DNA of 62,830 nucleotides, counting the filler, from Asterionella formosa (lineage: Eukaryota): the NCBI GenBank assembly GCA_002256025.1. It is 4 parts of 4 records of this genome, joined end to end, with 100 filler letters (N's around TTAATTAATTAA, not from the genome) between each part and the next. Parts side by side here need not be neighbours in the genome. Positions count along the whole stretch, not along the records: positions 47,220 to 62,830 come from NKIB01005358.1; 3 more parts are not named here. One strand, given 5' to 3'. The translations under genes were made by a program, and so were the position numbers. Within the stretch, counting starts at the first letter, position 1, and the number at the start of each line of letters is the position of its first letter. Shown one piece after another: positions 53,562 through 62,830 of the stretch. Below the pieces are notes generated by a model. It worked only from the letters and a program-made list of their open reading frames with translations. It did not search any database and was not told where the DNA came from.

Positions 53562-55115
53562 GGACGAAGTATCAAAATAGGGGGACGAAATATCATTTTC
53601 CTAGCTATAGTATAATAGCTAAACTATATTTTATAAATGATTTTCTTGTTGCATCTGCTGTTGTTGTGGTTGCATTCCAGCATCTTGCTGTTTTTCACTG
53701 TGCTACCTCGTCTCCAAACTTCACATGCCTTTGCACAACATGCATATCATCATCTGTTGCTCCACTTGAAGCAGGCTGCAGCAGAAGGAATAAGCTTGCT
53801 GAAGCAATTGGTGTTAACCTCTACTATGCACACCTCATTTTGCTTCTTGAATCCAAATGGAACCTGTACAGAGCTTCAGAGCTCATTCGTTTATCCTTTT
53901 TCTTGATGGAACAATCAACAAATTTTCGGGCTATAACCAAAAAATGGGGAGAGTCTAATGCTGCAATGGCCTCCTGCTTAGTATATGCAATTAGACAAGC
54001 CATCTATTTTGCAGTCTTGTTCATAGATGCTAGCTTGCTGGTTTGAACCAGCATGAAAGACCAAAACAACCTTGCCAACTAGCCAATGTTCAGTGGCAAT
54101 GTATCCACCAACAAGGTAGTGGACAATTTTTTGGTCAACGAATAATCACTGTCATTTCCATCCAAATCATAGTTTTCAACAAAATTATTATCAGCAGGCT
54201 TATCTGGGACATTTAGCCAGGATTATTGGAGGTTGGTGAGATATAGATGACATGGAGGACATGTCATCCAGTAATTCTGCAACAGCATAAGACAATTCAA
54301 GTTATCATCTATGCTAGCAATACAAATAGTTGGAGGAGTAAGCTTACAGCTAGCTATGAACATAAACTGCCAGTAGATACTTTACCAGCACCACCCATAA
54401 ATTTTTAGATAGACAAAGTAACATGCTACAATTCTGGTTGCCCTTGTAGGCACTGGTGTATAATAATTTGGCTGAGAAAATGCATTTTTTGTATGTATAT
54501 ATATAAAACACTAGAGTGTACCAGTAGTGGTGGTTGTGAGCTGCTGGAGAATCCTGCATCATGTTGTCTCTGCCTTGACCATGACAAAAATAACAAATAT
54601 CTTCATGAAATACAAATATCAAGCACAATTTAGAAAATGCAATTGTAAAATAATTTTTGTGATAACACGAATATTGACAATGAAAATTGAAGTCACTGAT
54701 AGCATGCACCGTGATATCATGTTTTTTCTTGCAAGGTGAAGAACTTTTAGTTTGTGGCAATCAAAATTTGCACTCCATTTTGCTGTGGGATTTTCGCCAG
54801 AATATTATTCAAGATTGATTGGTTTGGCTCAACTAATGTGCATGCAATACTAAATCTTGACACTGGACTAGTTTATCCAAGGAAATTTGTTCTTCGAAAT
54901 GGCATTAAGGGAACATGGCCATTGATCCAAGGATGAATAAAAATGGAAAAAAATATGCAGACATGCACATGGCAGATAATGCTTAAGCATTTGAGGTCAA
55001 ATCGTACATTAAGGACCACTTGGCGTTGCTTCCCTGAGGCATTCGAAACGTGACATTGTCAACAAAGATTCAGCAGCTACAGGGTGTGTGTCTCAAAACA
55101 TCAAATGACTCATCC

Positions 55116-58100
55116 TTAACTGGAATTTCCTCTGCGTCTCTTGGCTGTAAGGCTGGATCCTCTTCCTCGGGCTCGTGGGGCCGAAAATGGTAATGATCTC
55201 CGTCCTGATGGAAGAGCACGTCCTCTTGGGGCAGCCCGTGAACGCAACGCTAGATTGTCTGTGGTTACGTCCTGTTCCGAAAGCCACACAGCGGCAGCCT
55301 TGATTAATTTTGTCATGTCCTCACCAACTTCCTCATCTTCACTGTCGTCTCCCTCATTTGTGGATAGTCGTGCCACATCCGACTTGGGTGTATCCGCATA
55401 ATTTTCGTTCTCGATTGATGATTCGGTTTGGCTTTTGTCGTCATCTTCGCCACCTCCACTACTCCATGCGCGCTCGACATGAAGGCGCTCCCAGATTCGC
55501 TTAAAGAAGGACTTCTTCCAGCTACCACTCAAATTTGATTTCTGGCGAGTGCCACGATGCAGCAAATACGCCAATGATGCTTTAATATTCTCGGGGCATC
55601 GGTTGCAAGAGGAAATGTGAGCCTGGAGTGAGTTGGCAGTGTTATCAGTCAGGTTCTTGGCCGAGACAGGAAAGTAACGACCAAAACTATTCTTTGACGA
55701 GCAGTGGCGACAGCAGAGGCCAGGGAACCCAATGACTCGATCCCTTCCTCTGGAACCTGGCCCTCCACGCTTGTCGCTTTTCTTGAAACGGCAAGGCTTA
55801 ACTTGACGTAGAAGAAGCATTGCGTGGTCGGTGCATAGGCCACGATCTTCCGGCCGCAAAAGTGATGATCCGTAATCAAAGTCTTCCTCGCCTTCGTTCT
55901 CTCTGTCGAGATCGTCGGCTGGACTTGGTTTTAACGGATTTCTGCGAAACCAAATTCCCCAGCCTTTCTCAGAACTGTTGGGAGATATGTCAGAAAGGCC
56001 AATGTCTCGTGCAGAATCGAGCCAGTACTCCTGGGTGTCGTCGTCCGCCTTGGCACCGAAACCTCGAAGCGATCGAAAGGTACTCTTCATTTCCTCTGGC
56101 ATACCAGGACATGAAGGATAGTGGAGACGGATCATATCGCCAACCTTGGTGTGGATAGCAGACAAATTATCAGGGAAGTAAAGGTATCCAGGAGGGCGTT
56201 CGGATTCCTCCAGAGTTTTGCAAAAGACGCAACGGAGTCCCACTTGCCCTACGGAAGGTTCTTTCCTTCCAGCGTATCCTTCAAGGCAATCCTCTTCTTT
56301 GTGGCTAAAAAGTTCGACTAGGTCGCTTCGAACGAAGCACTGTATCTCAGACAACCAGTTTGGATCATCTGTTTTAGCTAGACTGACACGGCCTTCGTAC
56401 CAAGTGTTTTCAGACTTATTCGTATTTGAGCCAGGCTTGACTTTCCCCGTAGTCGAAGCCCCTGTGAGCAATCTGGCAGCGGATTGAATTTCATCGTCAT
56501 CTGAACCTTCGTCGTCTTCCGTATCTGTTTCTTCGTCAGAAGAGTTTATTCTGTCGTCGCTGTCGTCCAATTCGCTGTCATCGTCGCCAGATTCACTACC
56601 GTTGGAGCGGTTGTTGGGTCTACTTGACTTGCGTTTGCGACCAGAAGCGTAGTTTGCGCGTCTTTTGGCACTGCCACCGTCGGCAACTATATCTTCTGAC
56701 ATGGGAATTCGCTGAATACGACACCACAATCGATGGAAAAACACTTTTCGTCCTCCGTGTTTCGGTTTCTCTGCGCGCTTTCCGTCAGACCCCATTCGGG
56801 CGCGTTTCATGAGCTCAAGATTCTCGCGAATATCAATGGGACAACGTCGGCAATTTCTCACATGGTTCATGATGGTTTGTGATGTCGTTGTTTGCGATAA
56901 CGATGCTTCAGATGCCGGAAAATATCGGCCACACCCTGCCTGTCCCACACAATGCTTGCAAGCCAATCCATGGAAGCCAACACCTCGGCCTTTATAACAG
57001 CCGACCTTGTCGGCTTCCATCAAGTTGCAAGGTTGCATCTGTTCAAGTGTCAAGTAAAGATAATCAGAAATGAGGTCTCTGTCTTCTGGTTGGACCAGTG
57101 GATACGGCTCGACATCTGGTACATTTTCCACTTCCTTTACATCGTCTTCCATATACGCATTTTTCAATCTCTTATCGTGTTCAGTCTCTCTCTCCATCTT
57201 GGCCTTCAATTTTGCTTCATCTTCCGCGGATGGACCAGCAAGAGGTGGCAGTGGGCCATACGGGTCTCGAGCAAAATGAATACCATGGGGAGTGTCAACC
57301 AGTCCAAGTCGCTTCGCAGAGTCAATCCAGTATTGCTTGCGGCCGCCACGAGCAGAGCTTGACTCCTTAAGGCGATCAATCTTCGATCTAGTCTCAGACG
57401 GCATAGAAAGGCAGCAATCAAAGTGGAGACGGAGCATCTGTTGAACGGAATTGTAGATCCCACTAATCAGACTAGGGTATGATGTTGCTTGTTGTCCCCG
57501 TTCACTTGGAGAATCATTACGGCAATGAATACAACGGATTCCCACTTGACCAAGCGCAATCGGCTTGTTCCTTCCATGCATAGGAGCAGCAATATCTGCT
57601 TCGTTTGCTCCAAAGGCTTCAGCAAAATTGGATCGGAGAAAAACCTGAAGTTCCGAGAGCCAATATTTGTCTTCAGGAAGTCCCAACGGCACGACACCAT
57701 TATACCATTTCTGGTCAAATTTATCGTCAATCTTCAAAATCGCTTTGCTGTCGTTATCATTTGCGGTAGGGGTGGGACTCGGTGTTGGCACGCTCCTTCT
57801 CTTTCCAGACCCCCTGCCCCTTCCTCGGCCGCCACCTTTCCCACCTTTGCCAGAACCTCGCCCTCCTTTGATTGCAGGAGTGGCGGCGGCCGATACTGAA
57901 GCAGAACTTGGAATTGATGATGAAGTTGGTGGGGATCCTGGAGTTCCTTGAATACTCGTTGAATAGTTTGTTGACGCTGGAGTTCCTAAGATGCTCGACG
58001 AAGGAACGCCAACCAAATTGGTATCTGTCTCATCTTGGATTGTGTTGCTGTAAATTCTATCCATCAAATTGGTATGTTGAAGATCTTGAGCACTGCGACC

Positions 58101-58529
58101 AGAAAAATAGCTTGCATAGTCGCGTTGCGGCGTGGAACCATAAGCGGATCTGTAATCAGCGGGGCTTGGTGCATTGCTACCATATCCATAGGCAGATGGA
58201 GTACGCGCACGGGCAGCAGCATAGAGGCTTTCAGCCGGAGATGGAATCGCTCCATATCCAGCCTGTTGTAAATATGGATTCCTCGCGTAAGCCGATCGTT
58301 GGTATGCTGCGTAAGGAGAATTGGCATCTCCGGCGCCGGAAAGAATGGACAGGTATGCAGCCTCAGAGGCGTTGGGTCCTCCAACGCCGAACCCTCCCAG
58401 ACCACGCGATGCGGAAAGCGCGGAAGCATTATTCCCAAGACTAGCAGTAGCCCGGGCAACTAGCTCTTCTCTCGCCAGTCGCTCTTCGAGGTCGTCCTCG
58501 GCATCGTCAAACTGACCTTGACCAAACAT
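55116..58529 (-). CDS. Large diatom-type protein with four copies of a CxxC...HxxxC domain (frame open to 58613; first ATG 58529)
   Basis: Repeats GQVGIRCIHC/HFDCC, GLACKHC/HVRNC, GQVGLRCVFC/HYPSC, GLCCRHC/HISSC; Tyr/Ala-rich N-terminus, GRGRG segment, acidic linkers. Confidence 0.88.
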   Translation of the reverse strand: MFGQGQFDDAEDDLEERLAREELVARATASLGNNASALSASRGLGGFGVGGPNASEAAYLSILSGAGDANSPYAAYQRSAYARNPYLQQAGYGAIPSPAESLYAAARARTPSAYGYGSNAPSPADYRSAYGSTPQRDYASYFSGRSAQDLQHTNLMDRIYSNTIQDETDTNLVGVPSSSILGTPASTNYSTSIQGTPGSPPTSSSIPSSASVSAAATPAIKGGRGSGKGGKGGGRGRGRGSGKRRSVPTPSPTPTANDNDSKAILKIDDKFDQKWYNGVVPLGLPEDKYWLSELQVFLRSNFAEAFGANEADIAAPMHGRNKPIALGQVGIRCIHCRNDSPSERGQQATSYPSLISGIYNSVQQMLRLHFDCCLSMPSETRSKIDRLKESSSARGGRKQYWIDSAKRLGLVDTPHGIHFARDPYGPLPPLAGPSAEDEAKLKAKMERETEHDKRLKNAYMEDDVKEVENVPDVEPYPLVQPEDRDLISDYLYLTLEQMQPCNLMEADKVGCYKGRGVGFHGLACKHCVGQAGCGRYFPASEASLSQTTTSQTIMNHVRNCRRCPIDIRENLELMKRARMGSDGKRAEKPKHGGRKVFFHRLWCRIQRIPMSEDIVADGGSAKRRANYASGRKRKSSRPNNRSNGSESGDDDSELDDSDDRINSSDEETDTEDDEGSDDDEIQSAARLLTGASTTGKVKPGSNTNKSENTWYEGRVSLAKTDDPNWLSEIQCFVRSDLVELFSHKEEDCLEGYAGRKEPSVGQVGLRCVFCKTLEESERPPGYLYFPDNLSAIHTKVGDMIRLHYPSCPGMPEEMKSTFRSLRGFGAKADDDTQEYWLDSARDIGLSDISPNSSEKGWGIWFRRNPLKPSPADDLDRENEGEEDFDYGSSLLRPEDRGLCTDHAMLLLRQVKPCRFKKSDKRGGPGSRGRDRVIGFPGLCCRHCSSKNSFGRYFPVSAKNLTDNTANSLQAHISSCNRCPENIKASLAYLLHRGTRQKSNLSGSWKKSFFKRIWERLHVERAWSSGGGEDDDKSQTESSIENENYADTPKSDVARLSTNEGDDSEDEEVGEDMTKLIKAAAVWLSEQDVTTDNLALRSRAAPRGRALPSGRRSLPFSAPRARGRGSSLTAKRRRGNSS

Positions 58530-59676
58530 GCAAACTCGTTTCACTATGCGAGACAAGACGAGAATTTCAGTGAGAAAATCATTGTGCAGAGAGCGAGGCA
58601 AAAAGAAATGCAAAGCAGTATCAATTCACGGTGTACCACATCGTATTGCGGCAAGAATATCAAGCAATGGACGAGGAGCAACAACAAAATCTCAGAAGCC
58701 AACAAAAGCCCCTTACTCATCAAAATGTGAAGCAAAATGTGAGCACGTAGAATTCTACGTCCCAGGTTTACGAGGAATTCGTTTCCCTGGAGTGTGGCAC
58801 GGACTGAAGTCGTCGTCAACGCCGTTTTGTTTGCGTTCTCCGCAAGTAGCTCTAGATTTCCTGGAGCACATTTACACAGATTTTATAGGACTTACCTTTG
58901 GAAGAATAAAGAGAGAAATACAAGTAGAAAAAGCACCAAGCAAGATCCTTCGAACCACAAATAAAATAGTGGAGCTGCGAGCAATTTTTCAAGGTGATAT
59001 TGAAATTTGTCCCTCCAACGAATTCACGGGCAAAATGTGATCCAATTATTATGAGGTGCTGTTTTTGGCCGCCCGGCTAATTAATGACGTCAAAAATGTG
59101 TTCCTCGGCAGCAGCTACGTAGACCACACAACTTTACTTCTTTTGTAATTAGACTAAATATTTTTACTTTTGCACACCGGTATATTGAGCAATATATTAC
59201 TACCGGTATATGATGATGGGACTATGACATTTGGGGTCCAAAATATATTTTCTTGAACCTCACTATTTGCATCCAGTGGAAAATCTGATTAATCGTCGTT
59301 GCAATTCCCTTTCGAAACCTCAAATAGTTTGACGTGTTCATCACACCACCAATCTTTTCATCTTTTACCTGGCACTGCTTGTTGAGAATGGCCTGAGATT
59401 TAATGTGTAAATAGCGAAGTACTAACTAATGATTTCTTTCGCATTATTCCAAAAAAAAGGTGGCTCAAAAATGTGCATTGTCATTGTGTCTTGTTCTTAC
59501 ACATCCCTCTGGGATGCCAATGAACGGCCAAAAATGACGCGTAAATGGATGCGGGCGAGAAGTGGAGTTGGATACATCTTAAGCCTTTTAGTCGCTTTGA
59601 AGGGGTGGGCGCCTTAAAAAGGCGAAAGCATGTGAATTGTCCTAAAACTGCATTTTAAAGAACGAACAATGCAAAC

Positions 59677-60933
59677 CTACAACATATCACCGACATTTAA
59701 GGGCATCTCATTGATCTGTGTCGAGTAAAAGTGTTCAATATCCCGCAAGCTCCTTACATCATCTTCCTTAACAAAATTGATTGCTACACCCTTTCGCCCA
59801 AATCGCCCGGAGCGACCGATCCGGTGTATGTAAAGTTCCCGGTTAGTTGGAAGATCGTAACAAATAACCAAGGATACTTGCTGTACATCAATACCGCGTC
59901 CCCACAAATCTGTGGCAATCAAAACCCGTGACGAGCCTGACCTAAATTCGTCCATGACGGTGTCCCGCTGCGTTTGGTCCATGTCTCCGTGGATGGCTGA
60001 CACGGTAAAATTCTTCTCCTTCATTTTTTCCGCAAGCCAGTCAACCTTTTGCTTGGTGTTACAGAATATTACAGCCTGTGTAATTGTCAGTGTATCATAG
60101 AGATCGCAGAGAGTATCAAACTTCCATTCTTCCTTTTCGACAGCAATAAAGAACTGCCTGATACCCTCCAATGTCAGTTCATCGCGTTTAACCAGAATTC
60201 GAATTGGATCGTTCATGAATTTATCTGTCATGTCCAACACAGTTTGTGGCAAGGTTGCACTCATGAGGACAACCTGAGTTGATGGCGGCAAGAAACGATA
60301 AATATCATAGATTTGTTCCTTGAATCCTCGATTGAGCATTTCATCGGCTTCGTCGAGAATCATGGCTTTTAAGCTAGATGTATGGAGTACATTGCGTCTA
60401 ATCAAGTCATATACCCTCCCAGGTGTTCCGGAAACAACTTGAATGCCACCTCGTTCCAATTCCTTAATATCCAATCCAAGTGACTTTCCTCCGATACAAA
60501 CATGGCACTTAACATTAAGAAAGTCCCCTAAGGCTGACAATACCTTTTGCGTCTGCTCCGCCAGCTCTCTCGTTGGGGACAGAATGAGAATCTGTGTTTC
60601 TCTCGATGACTCTTCCAAAATCTGCAGAGCCGAAATCGAGAAGACTCCCGTCTTGCCTGTTCCAGACTGGGATTGTGCAATCACATCGCGACCTCTGATG
60701 ATGGGTCGGATGGCCCGCTGCTGAATGGCAGACGGTTTCTCGAATCCATATGCGTAAATTCCCTTCAGCAGATCTGCTTTTAAATTCATGTCGTCGAAGG
60801 TAGCGCAAGGAGTTGTATCGTCGCTATTACGTGTGGACGATTTGATCCCTGCCCTCTGGTTGTCGCTTGCATGGTATGGTCCTTCTCTTCGACGCGACCT
60901 ATCCTGGCTGCCTTTAGGAATTGCTTTAGGCAT
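59677..60933 (-). CDS. EIF4A3: Eukaryotic initiation factor 4A-III (exon junction complex helicase, FAL1/DDX48)
   Basis: [97 protein letters not shown]. Confidence 0.96.
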   Translation of the reverse strand: MPKAIPKGSQDRSRRREGPYHASDNQRAGIKSSTRNSDDTTPCATFDDMNLKADLLKGIYAYGFEKPSAIQQRAIRPIIRGRDVIAQSQSGTGKTGVFSISALQILEESSRETQILILSPTRELAEQTQKVLSALGDFLNVKCHVCIGGKSLGLDIKELERGGIQVVSGTPGRVYDLIRRNVLHTSSLKAMILDEADEMLNRGFKEQIYDIYRFLPPSTQVVLMSATLPQTVLDMTDKFMNDPIRILVKRDELTLEGIRQFFIAVEKEEWKFDTLCDLYDTLTITQAVIFCNTKQKVDWLAEKMKEKNFTVSAIHGDMDQTQRDTVMDEFRSGSSRVLIATDLWGRGIDVQQVSLVICYDLPTNRELYIHRIGRSGRFGRKGVAINFVKEDDVRSLRDIEHFYSTQINEMPLNVGDML

Positions 60934-61607
60934 CGTTTGATACTGAGGCAGATATTAAAGACGAGAGCGAATGTCTCGTTCAGGGTGAAGCAAAGTGCTG
61001 ATACTGGAAGAAACACTACTGTTAGATTGTTATTGTGATGTGTCAAAATCGGTTGGCCGGGGTGTGGGGCTGTTACGATGATTGTGTGCATGCATGCCGT
61101 TGCAAGTTGCGGTCATTTTGCTGAAATTGATAACGTGACGCAGGACAGGCGCTCAAGAATATAGAAAACGTCATCAATTCACTCTTTAAATCGTCTGTAT
61201 GGTTTTATGCTAATTTTATTCTTCCAAACAGGAAAACATCAAAACGTGGAATGAGAATCTGGGAATAGGAAGAGGAATCAATGATTGGGGTAGCCTGATG
61301 AAGGCATAAGAAGAGAGCAAGAAATGGGTGTTGGGATACCCAGACAGTACATGTGGCAAGACCATTTTGGTGAACTTGAAGTGAGAATCCTGGCAGGCAC
61401 TCACCAGGGTGAAAAGAAGGGCCAAAGAACAAGGTGGGAGCACATCTGGTGGATGGGTATTCAGGACTGGAAGGATTGCTGTTACTGCATGGCAGTAGTA
61501 GTGTCAAGGGAGTTGGTGGATGTGTCATTTGAAGTAGAGGCATGATAGTGGTGCTTTTTGTTGTTGTGGACTGAAGTGATGAGTGGAAATGTGTGAATGG
61601 GGGTCAA

Positions 61608-61908
61608 TACCAGTACGGCCGGCAGTGGTGGTCAGAGGTGGGAATATCTGGAGCAGCAGCACTCGGAGTACCGGTAGTATCTGGTACTGTAAGAAGTACC
61701 TGCTACGGAGTAGGTTTACCGTTTTGTCTACTGCGTACAATTGGTTACGGAAGATCCAAGAAAAAGAAAACATCAGCACAGTATGAGAAAAAAATTCTCA
61801 TGTGAGGAGGGAGAACCGGTACCAGGTACCTGGTACTGGTACCAGGTACCAGGTAACAGGTAATACAATAACACAACATCCCACACGACACACGACGTAC
61901 CTGGTACT
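61608..61908. repeat. Palindromic GTACCWGGTAC array in the eIF4AIII/kinase divergent promoter
   Basis: accggtaccaggtacctggtactggtaccaggtaccaggta (61815-61855), including the 18-bp palindrome gtaccaggtacctggtac (61819-61836). Confidence 0.88.
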
Positions 61909-62083
61909 ACATACAGCGTTCAGTGTACAGCAATAAAATAGTGCAAAGCTTTTGGGAAATCGGCAGAAAGAACACAGAGCAATTTTTTATTTGCTTGGGA
62001 ATGCTCGACAAGTTGTTCACATTTTTGTTCACTGCAAACGAGACGCCCCAACGCATCTGGAAACTGCTGCAATCGATATCATT

Positions 62084-62830
62084 ATGGGAAGTTGCTCTAG
62101 TAGCAACCAAAAGACAATAGTGATCAAGGAACAGTCTGTTGACCTGACCAGTAAGTGTGAAAGTGTCGTACCCGCCGCTTAAATCTGGTTTTACTTGTTT
62201 CTAAGCATGTTCTACTCATCTTGTTGGTGAAGATACGAAGAAAACAGTAACCACACGCGATGCTCCTTCCACGTATCTGAATTCGACGGAACCGTCTTTG
62301 GAAGGGGAGTGTGTGAAGGCGCTTGGCACCTCTGAAAAGATCTCCACCAAAGGGTTCACAAAAGGGTACAATAATGGGTACAGTAGTAGCGGAGATTCTT
62401 CAGGGGATGAGTCAGACGATTTCTCAAATACTATTAGCCCTCATCGTGGGCACAGGAAAAACTCCTCGAGTGTAGACATATCTGCCGTCAAGTCAAGTGT
62501 TCAGGCGGGTGGGGATTTGCATAGTAAAGTGGTAAGAATGGTAACCCCGTGGGGAAAACCTATTCAAGATGTATACGATGGGGTTCACGATGGGAAAATC
62601 TTGGGATCTGGCGTCAGTGGCACAGTCAGACTAGTCACACATAAGGCCTCAAAAGTCCAGTACGCTGTCAAGACAATGGATTTGGGCTTAATTTGCTCGG
62701 ATGCCGCAATCGATCAACTGAAGGAAGAAATTCAAATCATGTGTCAATTAGACCATCCTAACATTGTGAGACTGGAAGAGGTTTACGAGGGATTCAACGA
62801 AATATTTCTTGTCATGGAATTATGCTTGGG
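62084..62830 (+). CDS. CAMK/CDPK-like Ser/Thr kinase, 5' part only (truncated at window/scaffold end)
   Basis: Exon 1 62084-62150 encodes MGSCSS (myristoylation/palmitoylation-like); GTAAGT donor at 62151, in-frame acceptor at 62205 or 62232; then LGSGVSGTV, YAVK, EEIQIMCQLDHPNIVRLEEVY, LVMELC. Not present in the supplied ORF track. Confidence 0.88.

Noticed and set aside
59581..59625. GCCTTTTA hairpin resembling U5 loop I
   Set aside because: Loop sequence deviates, it is base-paired here, and there is no Sm site; probably eIF4AIII 3' flank.
61815..61862. GTACC arrays or the CTCG block as CRISPR arrays
   Set aside because: No constant 23-50 bp repeat with unique spacers, no cas genes, eukaryotic context.

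Overview
Gene-dense eukaryotic nuclear DNA, most likely a diatom (inferred from ASAFAP-type bipartite plastid presequences, short GT-AG introns and diatom-type protein families). The window is not one locus. It is four scaffolds of nearly equal, descending length (1-15657, 15758-31391, 31492-47119, 47220-62830) joined by artificial 100-nt spacers (44N-TTAATTAATTAA-44N), so gene order across the spacers is meaningless. About 25 protein-coding genes are supportable: ArgRS with a GST-like N-domain, a DBP2-like helicase, an amidohydrolase, a bacterial-like SDR, TrmB, ESS2, MAD1, GCP2, CDH1/FZR1, RPA43, a double-Costars protein, NUFIP1, cpSRP54, a plasmepsin-V-like protease, GPN3, eIF4AIII, a truncated CDPK-like kinase and several unknowns. 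There is also a decayed LINE, a PIF/Harbinger remnant and several tandem duplications. The most striking unexplained non-coding signals are: (1) degenerate arrays of palindromic TACCGGTA/TACCWGGTA units in most 5' flanks and absent from short convergent intergenic regions; (2) a candidate telomerase-RNA-like locus near 39.5-39.75 kb; (3) a GC-rich 200-nt element with ten regularly spaced CTCG motifs upstream of the aspartic protease. All family calls come from motif recognition by eye, not database searches.
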